Under the pieces are notes generated by a model. The model worked only from the letters and a program-made list of their open reading frames with translations, made no database searches and had not been told where the DNA came from. Positions 44,956-54,221 of a stretch of DNA of 64,000 bases are shown one piece after another. Both the position numbers and the translations under genes were made by a program. The stretch spans positions 10,707-74,706 of IMG/VR virus record IMGVR_UViG_3300033463_000089; one strand, written 5' to 3'. The stretch comes from a virus. How positions within the stretch are numbered: position 1 is the stretch's first letter; every line of letters starts with the position of its first letter.

Positions 44956-45229
44956 CTACTTCTACACAAACGTCGGCGGTAATCTTTGGCGCGTCGTGGC
45001 CTGTTGTGGAGTTGTTCTTTGGCTTATTGGAACAAGAAGAGATAATAGGGGGTGTGGTATGCCCACATAGGAGGGATATAGATGTGTAACAATCCTTTAG
45101 AATTTGCCATAATGTCCGAGAGCAGGGTAACGCCTGCCGCCCCCAACCTTAATGCGGCTACCTATATATAATAAGGTACGTGTACCAAGCCACTAACGCA
45201 GAGGTAGGTAAACTAAAAACTTTTTGTCT

Positions 45230-45421
45230 ATGATAGTACTTCCAACAAAACAACGGCTCGTCAGACGGCGTGATAGCGTCTACGAAATGCTTTACCATGC
45301 TCTTCAACATTGTGCCGTGGAATATGTTGAGGAGAAAATGAGACAGATACATATTATTAACGGCAAGCTAATAACGTACATGGAGCGTGAACGCGAACCT
45401 AAAGAAATCTTTAACGACTAA
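45230..45421 (+). CDS. Hypothetical protein (63 aa)
   Basis: ATG 45230. The stop overlaps the next start. Confidence 0.4.
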   Translation: MIVLPTKQRLVRRRDSVYEMLYHALQHCAVEYVEEKMRQIHIINGKLITYMEREREPKEIFND

Positions 45422-45954
45422 TGGTACTAAGAAGAAAAACTCCGCTTCGCTCTAAGAAACCGAAGAGCAAGTTTGAAATATCAGAGGTTAAGACGAAGAC
45501 AAAACCTTTAGAGGACAAACGCAAGCATATTGATGAACTCGACAAGGTTTTCCAGTTCTATGTCAGGTTGCGCGACTCTCGTAGCGATGGCCGTTGTCAA
45601 TGTATAAGTTGTGGCAAGATCGTTCCATTTGATAAGATTCAAGCCGGACACTATCGCTCACGCAAGAATCTTAGCACCAGATGGAGCGAACTTAATGTGA
45701 ACGGCGAGTGTTTTTTGTGCAACTGCATGGAGGGCGACCATCTAATCAACTATCGCAAGAATCTGATAAAGAAGATAGGAGAAAGCAAGGTTAACTGGCT
45801 TGACGCCTATTGTAACGAGACCTACAAATGGAGCGACTTTGAGTTAGTAATCATGATTAAGGAATACTGCAAGAAGTGTTCAGAACTCTCAAAGGAAAAA
45901 GGAATACCGATAAGTCAGACTGTTCAAAGAATAATAAAGAAATATAATAAGTAA
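45421..45954 (+). CDS. NinG/Rap-like recombination endonuclease
   Basis: 177 aa. LDKVFQFYVRLRDSRSDGRCQCISCGKIVPFDKIQAGHYRSRKNLSTRWSELNVNGECFLCNC matches the lambda NinG family pattern. Confidence 0.7.
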   Translation: MVLRRKTPLRSKKPKSKFEISEVKTKTKPLEDKRKHIDELDKVFQFYVRLRDSRSDGRCQCISCGKIVPFDKIQAGHYRSRKNLSTRWSELNVNGECFLCNCMEGDHLINYRKNLIKKIGESKVNWLDAYCNETYKWSDFELVIMIKEYCKKCSELSKEKGIPISQTVQRIIKKYNK

Positions 45955-45971
45955 TACCAAATCAAATAGTT

Positions 45972-46196
45972 ATGGATGCAAGAAAACACATTACACTACT
46001 CGACATCATGGTTGATGGTCGATTCTTATGCCAGCTTCGCTACACCAAGCGAGGACTGCCAAAGATGCAAGACGGAGAGATTGTAGAGGTGCATAACCAC
46101 AAAGACCTCGAAGCCTTTGTGCTGGAACAACGCCCTTCGTTAAAGGGTAAGAAGTTCTCCATTGAGGTTGCCAACCAACAAGTGTTTAACAGATAA
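45972..46196 (+). CDS. Hypothetical protein (74 aa)
   Basis: Clean ORF. Confidence 0.45.
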   Translation: MDARKHITLLDIMVDGRFLCQLRYTKRGLPKMQDGEIVEVHNHKDLEAFVLEQRPSLKGKKFSIEVANQQVFNR

Positions 46197-46207
46197 ATTT
46201 CAAAAGT

Positions 46208-46597
46208 ATGTTTGGATTCAGTTTAATTAAGACAGCCAAGTATGAGAAACTTCTCAACGAACTGGTTGCATTAGAGAAAAAGAACGTTGACTTGTATAAC
46301 CTGCGCAACGGACTTGACAGGGATATTCTGGACTTGCGTAATCAGAACACCGCCATGCGTCTTGCCAATAACAAGCACATTAAAGACCTCGACCTTCTGC
46401 GCAAGGACTACAAGAAGCTGCAGAAGAAGATTATTGACTTCGGCAGAAGAAATGTTATGTTCGATGATTTCTTCTCGGTCGTAGATTCCAAGTCTACGTG
46501 TGAAGAGTGTTCATTAAAGCAGAAGAACTGTAAGAGGATTGCCTGTGGCAGCAAGGAGGTCTGCATTATTCCCAAGTACTTTCAATATAAAAAGTAA
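46208..46597 (+). CDS. Coiled-coil protein with C-terminal Cys motif (129 aa)
   Basis: Heptad-like N-half. CEECSLKQKNCKRIACGSKEVC at the C-terminus. Confidence 0.5.
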   Translation: MFGFSLIKTAKYEKLLNELVALEKKNVDLYNLRNGLDRDILDLRNQNTAMRLANNKHIKDLDLLRKDYKKLQKKIIDFGRRNVMFDDFFSVVDSKSTCEECSLKQKNCKRIACGSKEVCIIPKYFQYKK

Positions 46598-46601
46598 GGC
46601 T

Positions 46602-47477
46602 ATGAATCTGATAGACATCGCAATATTCAAACACTTCATACGGTCGCGCGACTTGCGCCACAACTTCATTAAGAAGTATAAGAAGAGCCGCACGATGACG
46701 AAGAACCCGGAGAGTATAGAGGCTTATCTGAGTAATGTGGAGCCGGAGAGTGTCATTACCAAGGCCATAACCCTGTTTCATCCTAATGAAACCTTTGGCT
46801 TCGACTTCTGGAACAACCTCGACAACAACTGGCAGAACTTCTACAAGCACATGAAGGCCGACCATGCAACAGACCAAGAGGTTAAGATACTCTCTTTGGC
46901 CGGAGTTTACCAAGTATTGTGCGAGAATTGGGACACCGACAAGCCACATCTGTATGAGACCCGTGAGCAGACTATTAAGAGATTAGGACTTGCTTATATG
47001 CTGCATCCGATAAAGGAAGAAGAGCCTGTAAAGGTTGAAGAGCAGACAAAGGAAGAAGAAAAACCTTTGGTGGATTCCTCTAACGATTCAGATCCTCTGT
47101 CTGACTTTGATTTCTTCGACGATGTTGTTCCAAGGTCGCACAAGTTGAAGTCTAACGAGGTTTCACTGAACTACAAAGACTCCTACAAGATTACATTCAA
47201 CACGCAGGAATCGGAGTGCATCAAGAAAAGCGGTCTCACTTTGGCAAGACTGGCAAAGAAGAATAACGACTTCTATCTTATCATCAACAACGAGAAGGGA
47301 AGTAACATATCCAACCTTGCAGGCAGGAAGTCAAAGCAGAACATCACCATCAACTCTAAAGACATCTGTGTGCGTCTGCGTGTTTTCCTCTCTATCAAGG
47401 AAACATATTCTAAATTTACTATTGAGAAACTCCAATCTACAAGTGATTACATTATCTACAAACTCATTAAACAATGA
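46602..47477 (+). CDS. Hypothetical protein (291 aa from ATG 46602)
   Basis: The internal ATG follows the upstream stop. Acidic central linker. Confidence 0.5.
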   Translation: MNLIDIAIFKHFIRSRDLRHNFIKKYKKSRTMTKNPESIEAYLSNVEPESVITKAITLFHPNETFGFDFWNNLDNNWQNFYKHMKADHATDQEVKILSLAGVYQVLCENWDTDKPHLYETREQTIKRLGLAYMLHPIKEEEPVKVEEQTKEEEKPLVDSSNDSDPLSDFDFFDDVVPRSHKLKSNEVSLNYKDSYKITFNTQESECIKKSGLTLARLAKKNNDFYLIINNEKGSNISNLAGRKSKQNITINSKDICVRLRVFLSIKETYSKFTIEKLQSTSDYIIYKLIKQ

Positions 47478-49462
47478 ATATTAAAATTCAAGGCTTATCC
47501 CTTAACAACTTCAAATGTTTCAAGGGATTTAACATGTTTGATTTTGACGGCAAACAGATTATTACCGTCAAAGGGCGTAACGGCGCAGGAAAGACCACTA
47601 TTGCCGACGCTATCCTGTGGTGTCTTTTCGGTAAGAACTCGCAAGGCCAGTCTGACTTCGACCTAAAGACACACGGAGAAGACGGCAAGCCTATTCCTCA
47701 CCTCGACCACTCCGTAGAACTCTTATTATCTATTGATGGCAAAGAGGTTTCTCTGAAACGAACCATCAAAGAGACGTGGATAAAGAAGCGTGGTGCAGAC
47801 GAGCAGGTGTTCAAGAACAACACCACCGAGTATATGGTTAATGGAGATGCCTACACAGCAGCCGACTATAAGAAGTATATCGCTTCCCTCATCAGCGAAG
47901 ATGTGTTCCGGGCCATCACCAACCCAACCTACTTCCCGTCTCTCAAATGGCAGGAACAAAGAAAGTTCCTTGAACTCATTGCCGATGATGTAAAGCAGCC
48001 GGACGGCGAAGAGTTTGCCGACCTCTTGAAGCAACTGAATGATTCTGACGAGGACATCATTGCCCACCGCAAGCACCTCTCTTATCAGATTAAGGAGATA
48101 AAGAAGAAACTCGACCTCATCCCCACCCGTCTGGAAGAGCAGCACAAAGCCTTGCCGGAAAAGGTTGATTCCGACAATATCAATAGTGACTTGCTTGCCA
48201 AGAAGAATCAGATTGAAGAGATAGAGAAGAATATCCTATCTATCAAGACTGGCTCCGGTGCTGACGTGAAGCGTGATGAACTGCGCAAGGAGATTGATTC
48301 TAAGCAGGCTATCTTGGTTGGTTTCAAGAAGCAAGCAATGGTTGAGCAGAGTACCTATGAAGCGGCCCACAACAAGAAAGTGTCCGACCTTGCCTTGAAG
48401 TTCAACAACGAACTGAACAATCAGAAGCTGATGGAGCAGACGATTGAAGCAGACAAGCGGCTGATCGAAAGGTGCAAAGAAGTGGACTACGAAGCCGAAC
48501 TGCAGAAACTGCGCGACCAATGGCCCACGTCTAAGTTCGTCGTTGACCCCAATCTTTCCTATTGCCCCACCTGCGGCCAGCCTATACCGCAAGAGCAATA
48601 CCAGGAGAAGGTCGAGGAAATGCGCAAGAACTTCAACCTGCAGCGCGAGGCTAAGATTAAGGAACTCAACGAAAAGGCTGCAAAGATTAAGCAGCAGCAG
48701 GCAGATGCAGGCGTAGAACTTCATAGTTTGGAAAGTAAACTGGCTGACGACACGAAGCAGCTTGAAAAAATCAAGGAAGCTATCAACAATATCTTCGCAG
48801 AGAAATCAAAAGCCGAGAAAGTGCCTGTGCCTACGCAAGAAGAGATTCTTTCCTCTAACGTGGAGTATGTTGACTTGTCTAAGCAGGTTCTTGAACTCGA
48901 AGACAATCTCGCTAACATTACCGATTCAGACGAGGATAAAGACAGGCTGACGGAACTTGAAGGCAATTTGTTTACGCTCAAAGCGGAGGTTGAGAACCTG
49001 CAGCAGCAGCTTGCATCAGTTAAGCAGTATGAGAGAGGTATTTCCCTTATCGAAGCTATCCAAGCAGAAGAAAAAGGTCTTATCGCACAACTCTCTGAAC
49101 TTGAACGTCTCGACGATATAGCACGCCGCTACCAAGAGCGTCAGAACGAGATACTTGAAGAGTGTATCAACAAACACTTTAACCTTGTCCGCTGGAAGAT
49201 GTTTAGGACGGTCAACAATGGCGGCGACCCCTTCGACGAGCCTTTCTGCGAGTGTTATGTGGATGGTGTAGCCTACCACGACGGACTGAACCAAGCTGCA
49301 CGGCTGAATGCCGGCCTCGACATAATCAACACTCTAAGTAAATACTACCAAGTATCTGCGCCTATCTGCCTTGATAACGCCGAGAGTACGATTAATATCA
49401 TCGAAACGCTCGGGCAGCAGATACGCTTCGTAGTTAGCGATTGTGACTTGCAGTTATGGTAG
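47474..49462 (+). CDS. SMC/SbcC/RecF-like AAA ATPase with long coiled-coil
   Basis: 662 aa. N-terminal GRNGAGKTTIADAILWCLFGK (Walker A), central coiled-coil with CPTCGQ zinc-hook-like motif, C-terminal ICLDNAES (Walker B-like). Confidence 0.75.
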   Translation: MNIKIQGLSLNNFKCFKGFNMFDFDGKQIITVKGRNGAGKTTIADAILWCLFGKNSQGQSDFDLKTHGEDGKPIPHLDHSVELLLSIDGKEVSLKRTIKETWIKKRGADEQVFKNNTTEYMVNGDAYTAADYKKYIASLISEDVFRAITNPTYFPSLKWQEQRKFLELIADDVKQPDGEEFADLLKQLNDSDEDIIAHRKHLSYQIKEIKKKLDLIPTRLEEQHKALPEKVDSDNINSDLLAKKNQIEEIEKNILSIKTGSGADVKRDELRKEIDSKQAILVGFKKQAMVEQSTYEAAHNKKVSDLALKFNNELNNQKLMEQTIEADKRLIERCKEVDYEAELQKLRDQWPTSKFVVDPNLSYCPTCGQPIPQEQYQEKVEEMRKNFNLQREAKIKELNEKAAKIKQQQADAGVELHSLESKLADDTKQLEKIKEAINNIFAEKSKAEKVPVPTQEEILSSNVEYVDLSKQVLELEDNLANITDSDEDKDRLTELEGNLFTLKAEVENLQQQLASVKQYERGISLIEAIQAEEKGLIAQLSELERLDDIARRYQERQNEILEECINKHFNLVRWKMFRTVNNGGDPFDEPFCECYVDGVAYHDGLNQAARLNAGLDIINTLSKYYQVSAPICLDNAESTINIIETLGQQIRFVVSDCDLQLW

Positions 49463-49601
49463 ATGTTAAGAGAGATAACAAGAGTGAGGATAACTGGATA
49501 GTAACCAAGACGGATTCAGAAGGGTTTCATTGTCAGTTAAACCTTACTCTTGATGAAATGAACCAAATCGTAAATTATTGGATAAACAAAATTCTTTAAC
49601 T

Positions 49602-50495
49602 ATGGCAGAAAATCAAGCACAAACAACGGCTCTCGCACAGCCGACGAAAAAGCAGGAAGTGATTCTTGCTTTCAACAAAGTAGTGAACGGCGGTTATATC
49701 CAAAACCAGCTCACAAAAATCATGGGAAAGAACGCAGGCTCGTTCACGTCATCCATGATCGAATTATTCTCGCAGGATTCTGGACTGCAAGAGTGCAACC
49801 CGAAAGATGTTGTCATGGAAGCAATGAAGGCTGCATCACTTCACTTACCCCTCGCACGCCCTCTTGGGCGAGCCTATGTTTTACCATTCAAAAACAAAGG
49901 TGTGGCAACCCCGACATTCGTAATAGGGTGGAAAGGATTAGTGGATTTAGCTGTCCGTACTGGTCAGTATGAGACTATCAACGCTATCTGTGTTTACAAG
50001 GGAGAAATCTCTGAACAGGACAGACTTTCCGGTTTTATCAAGCTCGACGGTGTCAGAGAGTCTAATGAGGTGGTAGGCTATCTTGGATATTTCAAGCTGA
50101 CTACCGGCTTCGTGAAGATGGTTTACATGAGCGTCGAACAGATGGCACACTACGGAAAGACCTACGCCCCTACCTTGAAGTTCAACAAGATTACAGAAGA
50201 TGAACTTATCAAGAAAGCACAAGAACAAGCCGAACATGGCCCACAAGCCGGCGCAGTCGGTTGGTTCGGAGATTTCAACGCTATGGGTTTGAAGACCGTA
50301 GTCCGTAAGGTTCTTTCCTGGGGCCCGATGTCGATTGAACTCCAAAATGCTATTGCCAATGATGGCGATTACGACATTCCTGCAGAGCAGAAGCGCGACG
50401 AAGACAACGCCCAGCCTCGCACGGTCATCAGCGTAAACGCTATCTCTACACCTGTTGAGCCGGAAGAAGAAAAGGAAGATAAACCAAACTTCTAA
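49602..50495 (+). CDS. recT: RecT-family single-strand annealing protein
   Basis: 297 aa from ATG 49602. ECNPKDVVMEAMKAASLHLPL...AYVLPF...VIGWKGLVDLAVRTGQY is typical RecT. Confidence 0.8.
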   Translation: MAENQAQTTALAQPTKKQEVILAFNKVVNGGYIQNQLTKIMGKNAGSFTSSMIELFSQDSGLQECNPKDVVMEAMKAASLHLPLARPLGRAYVLPFKNKGVATPTFVIGWKGLVDLAVRTGQYETINAICVYKGEISEQDRLSGFIKLDGVRESNEVVGYLGYFKLTTGFVKMVYMSVEQMAHYGKTYAPTLKFNKITEDELIKKAQEQAEHGPQAGAVGWFGDFNAMGLKTVVRKVLSWGPMSIELQNAIANDGDYDIPAEQKRDEDNAQPRTVISVNAISTPVEPEEEKEDKPNF

Positions 50496-50498
50496 CCT

Positions 50499-51224
50499 AT
50501 GACTCGTCTGATTACTATCGGCAGTTCTTCTGCCGGAAACTCTTACGCTATTGATACTGGCTCCGAGATATTACTTCTCGAAGCTGGTATCAAAATGGCA
50601 GAGGTGAAAAGGGCAATAGATTTCCGGCTTGCCGATGTCGTGGGTTGTGTGTGTTCCCATGTTCATGGAGACCATGCTAAGTACGCTACGGAGTATGCAA
50701 AGTTTGGTGTCAAGGTCTACGGCCCGCAGGACATAGCAGACAAAAAACTATTTCCTTACGAAAAGTTTTCTGTCATGAAAGCAGGCAAGACGTACCGCAT
50801 CGGCTCGTTTGATGTCGTACCATTTGAAAACTTCCATGATGTTCCCTGCTATGGTTACATCGTCAGACACAAGGACTTCGGCACTTTACTCTTCTCGACG
50901 GACACCTATAAGATAGATGTTGCAGTCCGGGGTATCAACCATTTCTTGATTGAAGCCAACTATTCTGACGAAATCTTGAAGCAGAACGTCTGGAGTGGTA
51001 AGATAGACAAGGCACAGGCTGACCGCGTTATGCTTTCTCACATGAGTATTGAGTATTGTGTCAAGTATCTGCAGGATTGTGAAGCTAAGAAAGCACATAC
51101 CATCACGCTTTGCCACCTCTCTGAAAGGAACTCTAACCCTATGGCTTTCCATGAGGTTGTGGCAGGTACTTTCGGTGTGCCGGTATATGTCGCAAGGAAA
51201 TGTAGTATAATAAATTTGGTGTAA
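50499..51224 (+). CDS. Metallo-beta-lactamase-fold hydrolase (probable recombination nuclease)
   Basis: 241 aa with the HxHxDH motif CSHVHGDHAKY. Adjacent to recT. Confidence 0.75.
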   Translation: MTRLITIGSSSAGNSYAIDTGSEILLLEAGIKMAEVKRAIDFRLADVVGCVCSHVHGDHAKYATEYAKFGVKVYGPQDIADKKLFPYEKFSVMKAGKTYRIGSFDVVPFENFHDVPCYGYIVRHKDFGTLLFSTDTYKIDVAVRGINHFLIEANYSDEILKQNVWSGKIDKAQADRVMLSHMSIEYCVKYLQDCEAKKAHTITLCHLSERNSNPMAFHEVVAGTFGVPVYVARKCSIINLV

Positions 51225-51664
51225 TGGCACGATTCTCACCTTCCGACCCAAGGGACTATTTGGAAATCCTTGACTTCTTGAACAAGGCCAAGGAGCAAGG
51301 CTTTGACGTGGAACTAAAGAAGTTCTATAAGAAACGCTCTAACCCTCAGAACAGGTATCTTTATCTGGCCTTGGGTTACTTTGCACATTGCTACGGCTGC
51401 TCTTTGGTTGAGGCGAAAGAAATCTACCTAAAGAAGTACGCCTGCCGCGACATCTTTGAGGTTGTAACGACCGACAAGAACGGACGCGAGGTGAACTACT
51501 ATCGCTCTACCGCAGATCTCAACACCGTAGAAATGTCAAATGCTATCAGCAATTTCGTCGCCTACGCTTCCTGTAACGGGATTGAGATACCTGCGCCGGA
51601 CGATGAATTAGGAATAAGATATTGTGAACGACAAATCGAAAAGACATCAGTATATGGAACTTAA
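51224..51664 (+). CDS. NinB/Orf-like recombination mediator (tentative)
   Basis: 146 aa. KKRSNPQNRYLYLALGYFA resembles the lambda NinB RSLDQNRKLWACLGDV motif. Confidence 0.45.
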   Translation: MARFSPSDPRDYLEILDFLNKAKEQGFDVELKKFYKKRSNPQNRYLYLALGYFAHCYGCSLVEAKEIYLKKYACRDIFEVVTTDKNGREVNYYRSTADLNTVEMSNAISNFVAYASCNGIEIPAPDDELGIRYCERQIEKTSVYGT

Positions 51665-52010
51665 TGGAGTTATTATCGCTGTACTACCTGCTAAGTCGGG
51701 GGTATCAGCACGAACAGGAAAACCTTGGTTTACACAAGAGTATGTAATCGAGACATCTGGACAACACCCTAAGAAGTGTTGCTTTGAAGTCTTTGGTGAG
51801 GATAGAATCAAACAATTCAATCTTCAACAAGGGCAGACGGTATCAATTCAGATTGACATTGATGCCAGCGAGTATCAGGGGCGTTGGTATAACAGCATAA
51901 AGTGCTACAACGTGACGCACACCGACCTCTTCGGTCAGCAGCCTGCACCCGAACCTCAGCCTGTCGTGCAAGAGGTTAATGAAGCTGGCACCGACGATTT
52001 GCCCTTCTGA
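51654..52010 (+). CDS. OB-fold single-stranded DNA-binding protein (DUF3127-like) with SSB-type acidic tail
   Basis: 118 aa from ATG 51654. The body resembles DUF3127 (from memory). The C-terminus ends in GTDDLPF, like the canonical SSB tip DDDIPF. Confidence 0.55.
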   Translation: MELNGVIIAVLPAKSGVSARTGKPWFTQEYVIETSGQHPKKCCFEVFGEDRIKQFNLQQGQTVSIQIDIDASEYQGRWYNSIKCYNVTHTDLFGQQPAPEPQPVVQEVNEAGTDDLPF

Positions 52011-52013
52011 TGT

Positions 52014-52208
52014 ATGGCTAAAAAGAAACCTATCATCCTGCATATATGTGGAGAGTGCGCAAACGTGACACCAGTAACTGACAAGTTCCATCTTCTCAGT
52101 ATAAAAGGAGAACCTACACTTGGTACTTGTCCTTATTGGAAAGAGTCACGCTGCGTACTCCTTAGCTGGAAATCTGAATGTAAACATTACAAACCGAAAC
52201 GTCTATGA
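52014..52208 (+). CDS. Small zinc-ribbon protein (64 aa)
   Basis: CGEC...C...C pattern. Confidence 0.45.
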   Translation: MAKKKPIILHICGECANVTPVTDKFHLLSIKGEPTLGTCPYWKESRCVLLSWKSECKHYKPKRL

Positions 52209-52696
52209 CAAAAGAAGAAATAAATTTGGCTTTTGAAAACCGCTGGCGAATCAAGGGTAAGTTCGGACAGATGAACCAAAACTCTGCCACCATGTCCTTC
52301 GACGAGTTCTTTGAATACATCAAAGGCTTGTGTAAGGACTTCTTTGAGACCGGCATACTCCTCGCCGAAAAAGCCTCTCCTTCTGGTCAAGAGAATCCGA
52401 CAATAGAGGTGGTATGTCACGACTTCGACTACTGGTGGGGCCTCTACGACCTAAAGGTGGGCAAAGAGAATTGTCAGAAGAAATGGGCTAAGATGTCTGT
52501 TAAAGACCGTGAAGCCTGCATCGCCGGCACACCTGCCTACGTCTCAGCCACCCCAAATAAACAATTTCGTAAACGCCCTCTCACCTTCCTTAATCAGAAA
52601 GCGTGGAAGGATGAGATAATACCACAGAACAATGGAACAAAGATTGCCTTCGACGAGCAACGTCTCAACAAACTCGCTGACATACTCACAGACTAA
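52205..52696 (+). CDS. Hypothetical protein (163 aa)
   Basis: ATGA coupling upstream. The FDYWWGLYDLKVGKENCQKKWAKM motif is common in phage replication-region proteins (from memory; no function known). Confidence 0.5.
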   Translation: MTKEEINLAFENRWRIKGKFGQMNQNSATMSFDEFFEYIKGLCKDFFETGILLAEKASPSGQENPTIEVVCHDFDYWWGLYDLKVGKENCQKKWAKMSVKDREACIAGTPAYVSATPNKQFRKRPLTFLNQKAWKDEIIPQNNGTKIAFDEQRLNKLADILTD

Positions 52697-53276
52697 CCTG
52701 CCTCAGTCCTCTCTTTTGAGTGCTGACAAGATAGCTTCTGCCATAGCACGCTTCGGTGAGGACTACCGCCCGTTAGTTTTTGAGCGGTACAAGAAAGGTG
52801 GCGGTATTCAGCAGGCGGTAAGAGATAAAGCACCCACGTTCAGAGACATTACAAACTTCTTCACGGAAGAGGCTACCGCTTTCTGGCTACGTTTCCATAT
52901 TGCCGAGACCTTTGCTTTCCTTGGTATCTACGACACAGCATCCAAGTACCAGGTACAGCAGACGGCCGATCTGATTCTTACTCACGAAATCTACGGTCAG
53001 CTAACACTCTCGGAGTTCCTTTGCTTCTTGACGAGGTTCAAACGCGGAGATTATGGGAAGATATATCAATCCTCCCGGCCAAACCCGCAGGAGTTCTTAG
53101 CCTGCCTGCAGCCGTTCTGGAATGAACTATCTCGGGAACGAATCAGACGCGAGGAATCAGAGCGCGTGGAAAAGCTATCAAAGAACGCTCACGATTCAGA
53201 AGCTATGTCCCGTGAAGAATGGATAGAGATTAAGACAATAACTGCAATGTATAACTCAGAATACACGGTAAGATGA
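52632..53276 (+). CDS. Hypothetical protein (about 190-214 aa; start uncertain)
   Basis: The ORF-track start overlaps the upstream gene by 65 nt. The true start is probably a downstream non-ATG codon. Confidence 0.4.
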   Translation: MEQRLPSTSNVSTNSLTYSQTNLPQSSLLSADKIASAIARFGEDYRPLVFERYKKGGGIQQAVRDKAPTFRDITNFFTEEATAFWLRFHIAETFAFLGIYDTASKYQVQQTADLILTHEIYGQLTLSEFLCFLTRFKRGDYGKIYQSSRPNPQEFLACLQPFWNELSRERIRREESERVEKLSKNAHDSEAMSREEWIEIKTITAMYNSEYTVR

Positions 53277-53384
53277 AAACAAAAGGACATACAGAGAAGA
53301 TGCGGCTCACGATTGAGTTTGCGGACAACGGAATCATCCTGCGCAACCCGGACTGCGAGGATATTGTAGAACTGGCACTGACGC
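53273..53384 (+). repeat. Copy 1 of a ~112-bp direct repeat (partner 57232-57343)
   Basis: DNA is roughly 85 percent identical by eye across the two gene 5' ends. Confidence 0.75.
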
Positions 53385-53671
53385 GCCGGATAGGATTGTT
53401 CAGCCTCAGTGACCTGAGAAAGATTGCGCCCATCGGCGATTTGGGCTACGCTAACGGGTGGGAAACATTTTATGGTACTGGCTGGATGAATGGCGGTTTA
53501 GAGAACGCCATTGGTGCGACTACATCGAGCACGGCACCCAGCAGGGCGGTGGCAGTCAGGACACGGGCGGGGGGCTGGAGCCGTAAAGGATTGACTCTAC
53601 CACAAGGCCCTGGGAAGCCAACAGATAAGTTGAACGTGAGAGCATCCGATGGGTGTTCCTCTTTTAATTGA
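53273..53671 (+). CDS. Divergent paralog of 57232-57531 (first 37 aa conserved, remainder GC-rich and low-complexity; possibly degenerate)
   Basis: MKTKGHTEKMRLTIEFADNGIILRNPDCEDIVELALT versus MATKGPTEKMRLTIEFADNGIILRDPDCEDSVELALT. The C-terminal 95 aa are Gly/Ala/Thr/Arg-rich. Confidence 0.4.
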   Translation: MKTKGHTEKMRLTIEFADNGIILRNPDCEDIVELALTRRIGLFSLSDLRKIAPIGDLGYANGWETFYGTGWMNGGLENAIGATTSSTAPSRAVAVRTRAGGWSRKGLTLPQGPGKPTDKLNVRASDGCSSFN

Positions 53672-53680
53672 CGAAGAATT

Positions 53681-53929
53681 ATGCCACTTTACAAATGCGA
53701 AAAATGCGGATGCGTAGAAAACACAGCTCTCGGGCTGTATTGGATGCGGAGTCATCCAGAATCATACGACTGGTCAGAAGTCGGAGAGGAGTTCAAAGGC
53801 AAAGCCCTCTGTTCGGAGTGCGCCCCAAAGCGATACATAAACGGAGAGCCTACGAAGTACGGCAAATGGCATGGACGATTCCCCAAGGAACCATTCGATG
53901 AAAGTAAACATGAACATACTAAGTTATAG
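53681..53929 (+). CDS. Zinc-ribbon protein (82 aa)
   Basis: YKCEKCGC...CSEC motifs. Confidence 0.5.
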   Translation: MPLYKCEKCGCVENTALGLYWMRSHPESYDWSEVGEEFKGKALCSECAPKRYINGEPTKYGKWHGRFPKEPFDESKHEHTKL

Positions 53930-53934
53930 GAACT

Positions 53935-54174
53935 ATGAAAGAGAAAAAGCAAATCGCCGTTATAGTTGACGGCAAAAAGTACGAGTATCTGAATAGTAAG
54001 CACGACGGGGCAACCAAGACGTGCGAGGATTGTGCGCTGCGTGAAATGTGCAACGATTACGAGGATGGAATCATCTGCGGAGCGTTTGGCATTGACTCTG
54101 ACAGCAGCAGCAACTTCCAGTATGTGGGCGAAGAAATACCAGCCGACGAGCCGCAAAGCCGTGGGACATCTTAG
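53935..54174 (+). CDS. Hypothetical Cys-containing protein (79 aa)
   Basis: TCEDCALREMC motif and acidic tail. Confidence 0.45.
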   Translation: MKEKKQIAVIVDGKKYEYLNSKHDGATKTCEDCALREMCNDYEDGIICGAFGIDSDSSSNFQYVGEEIPADEPQSRGTS

Positions 54175-54221
54175 CATGTTACAATTAACTTAATATTAAC
54201 CCCTAAAAACAAACAGCATTT

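Noticed and set aside
44822-45070. 82-aa ORF in the 570-nt island
   Set aside because: It has a GTG start, no RBS-like context and odd composition. It also spans the T-arm-like element and hairpins, so the region is treated as non-coding.
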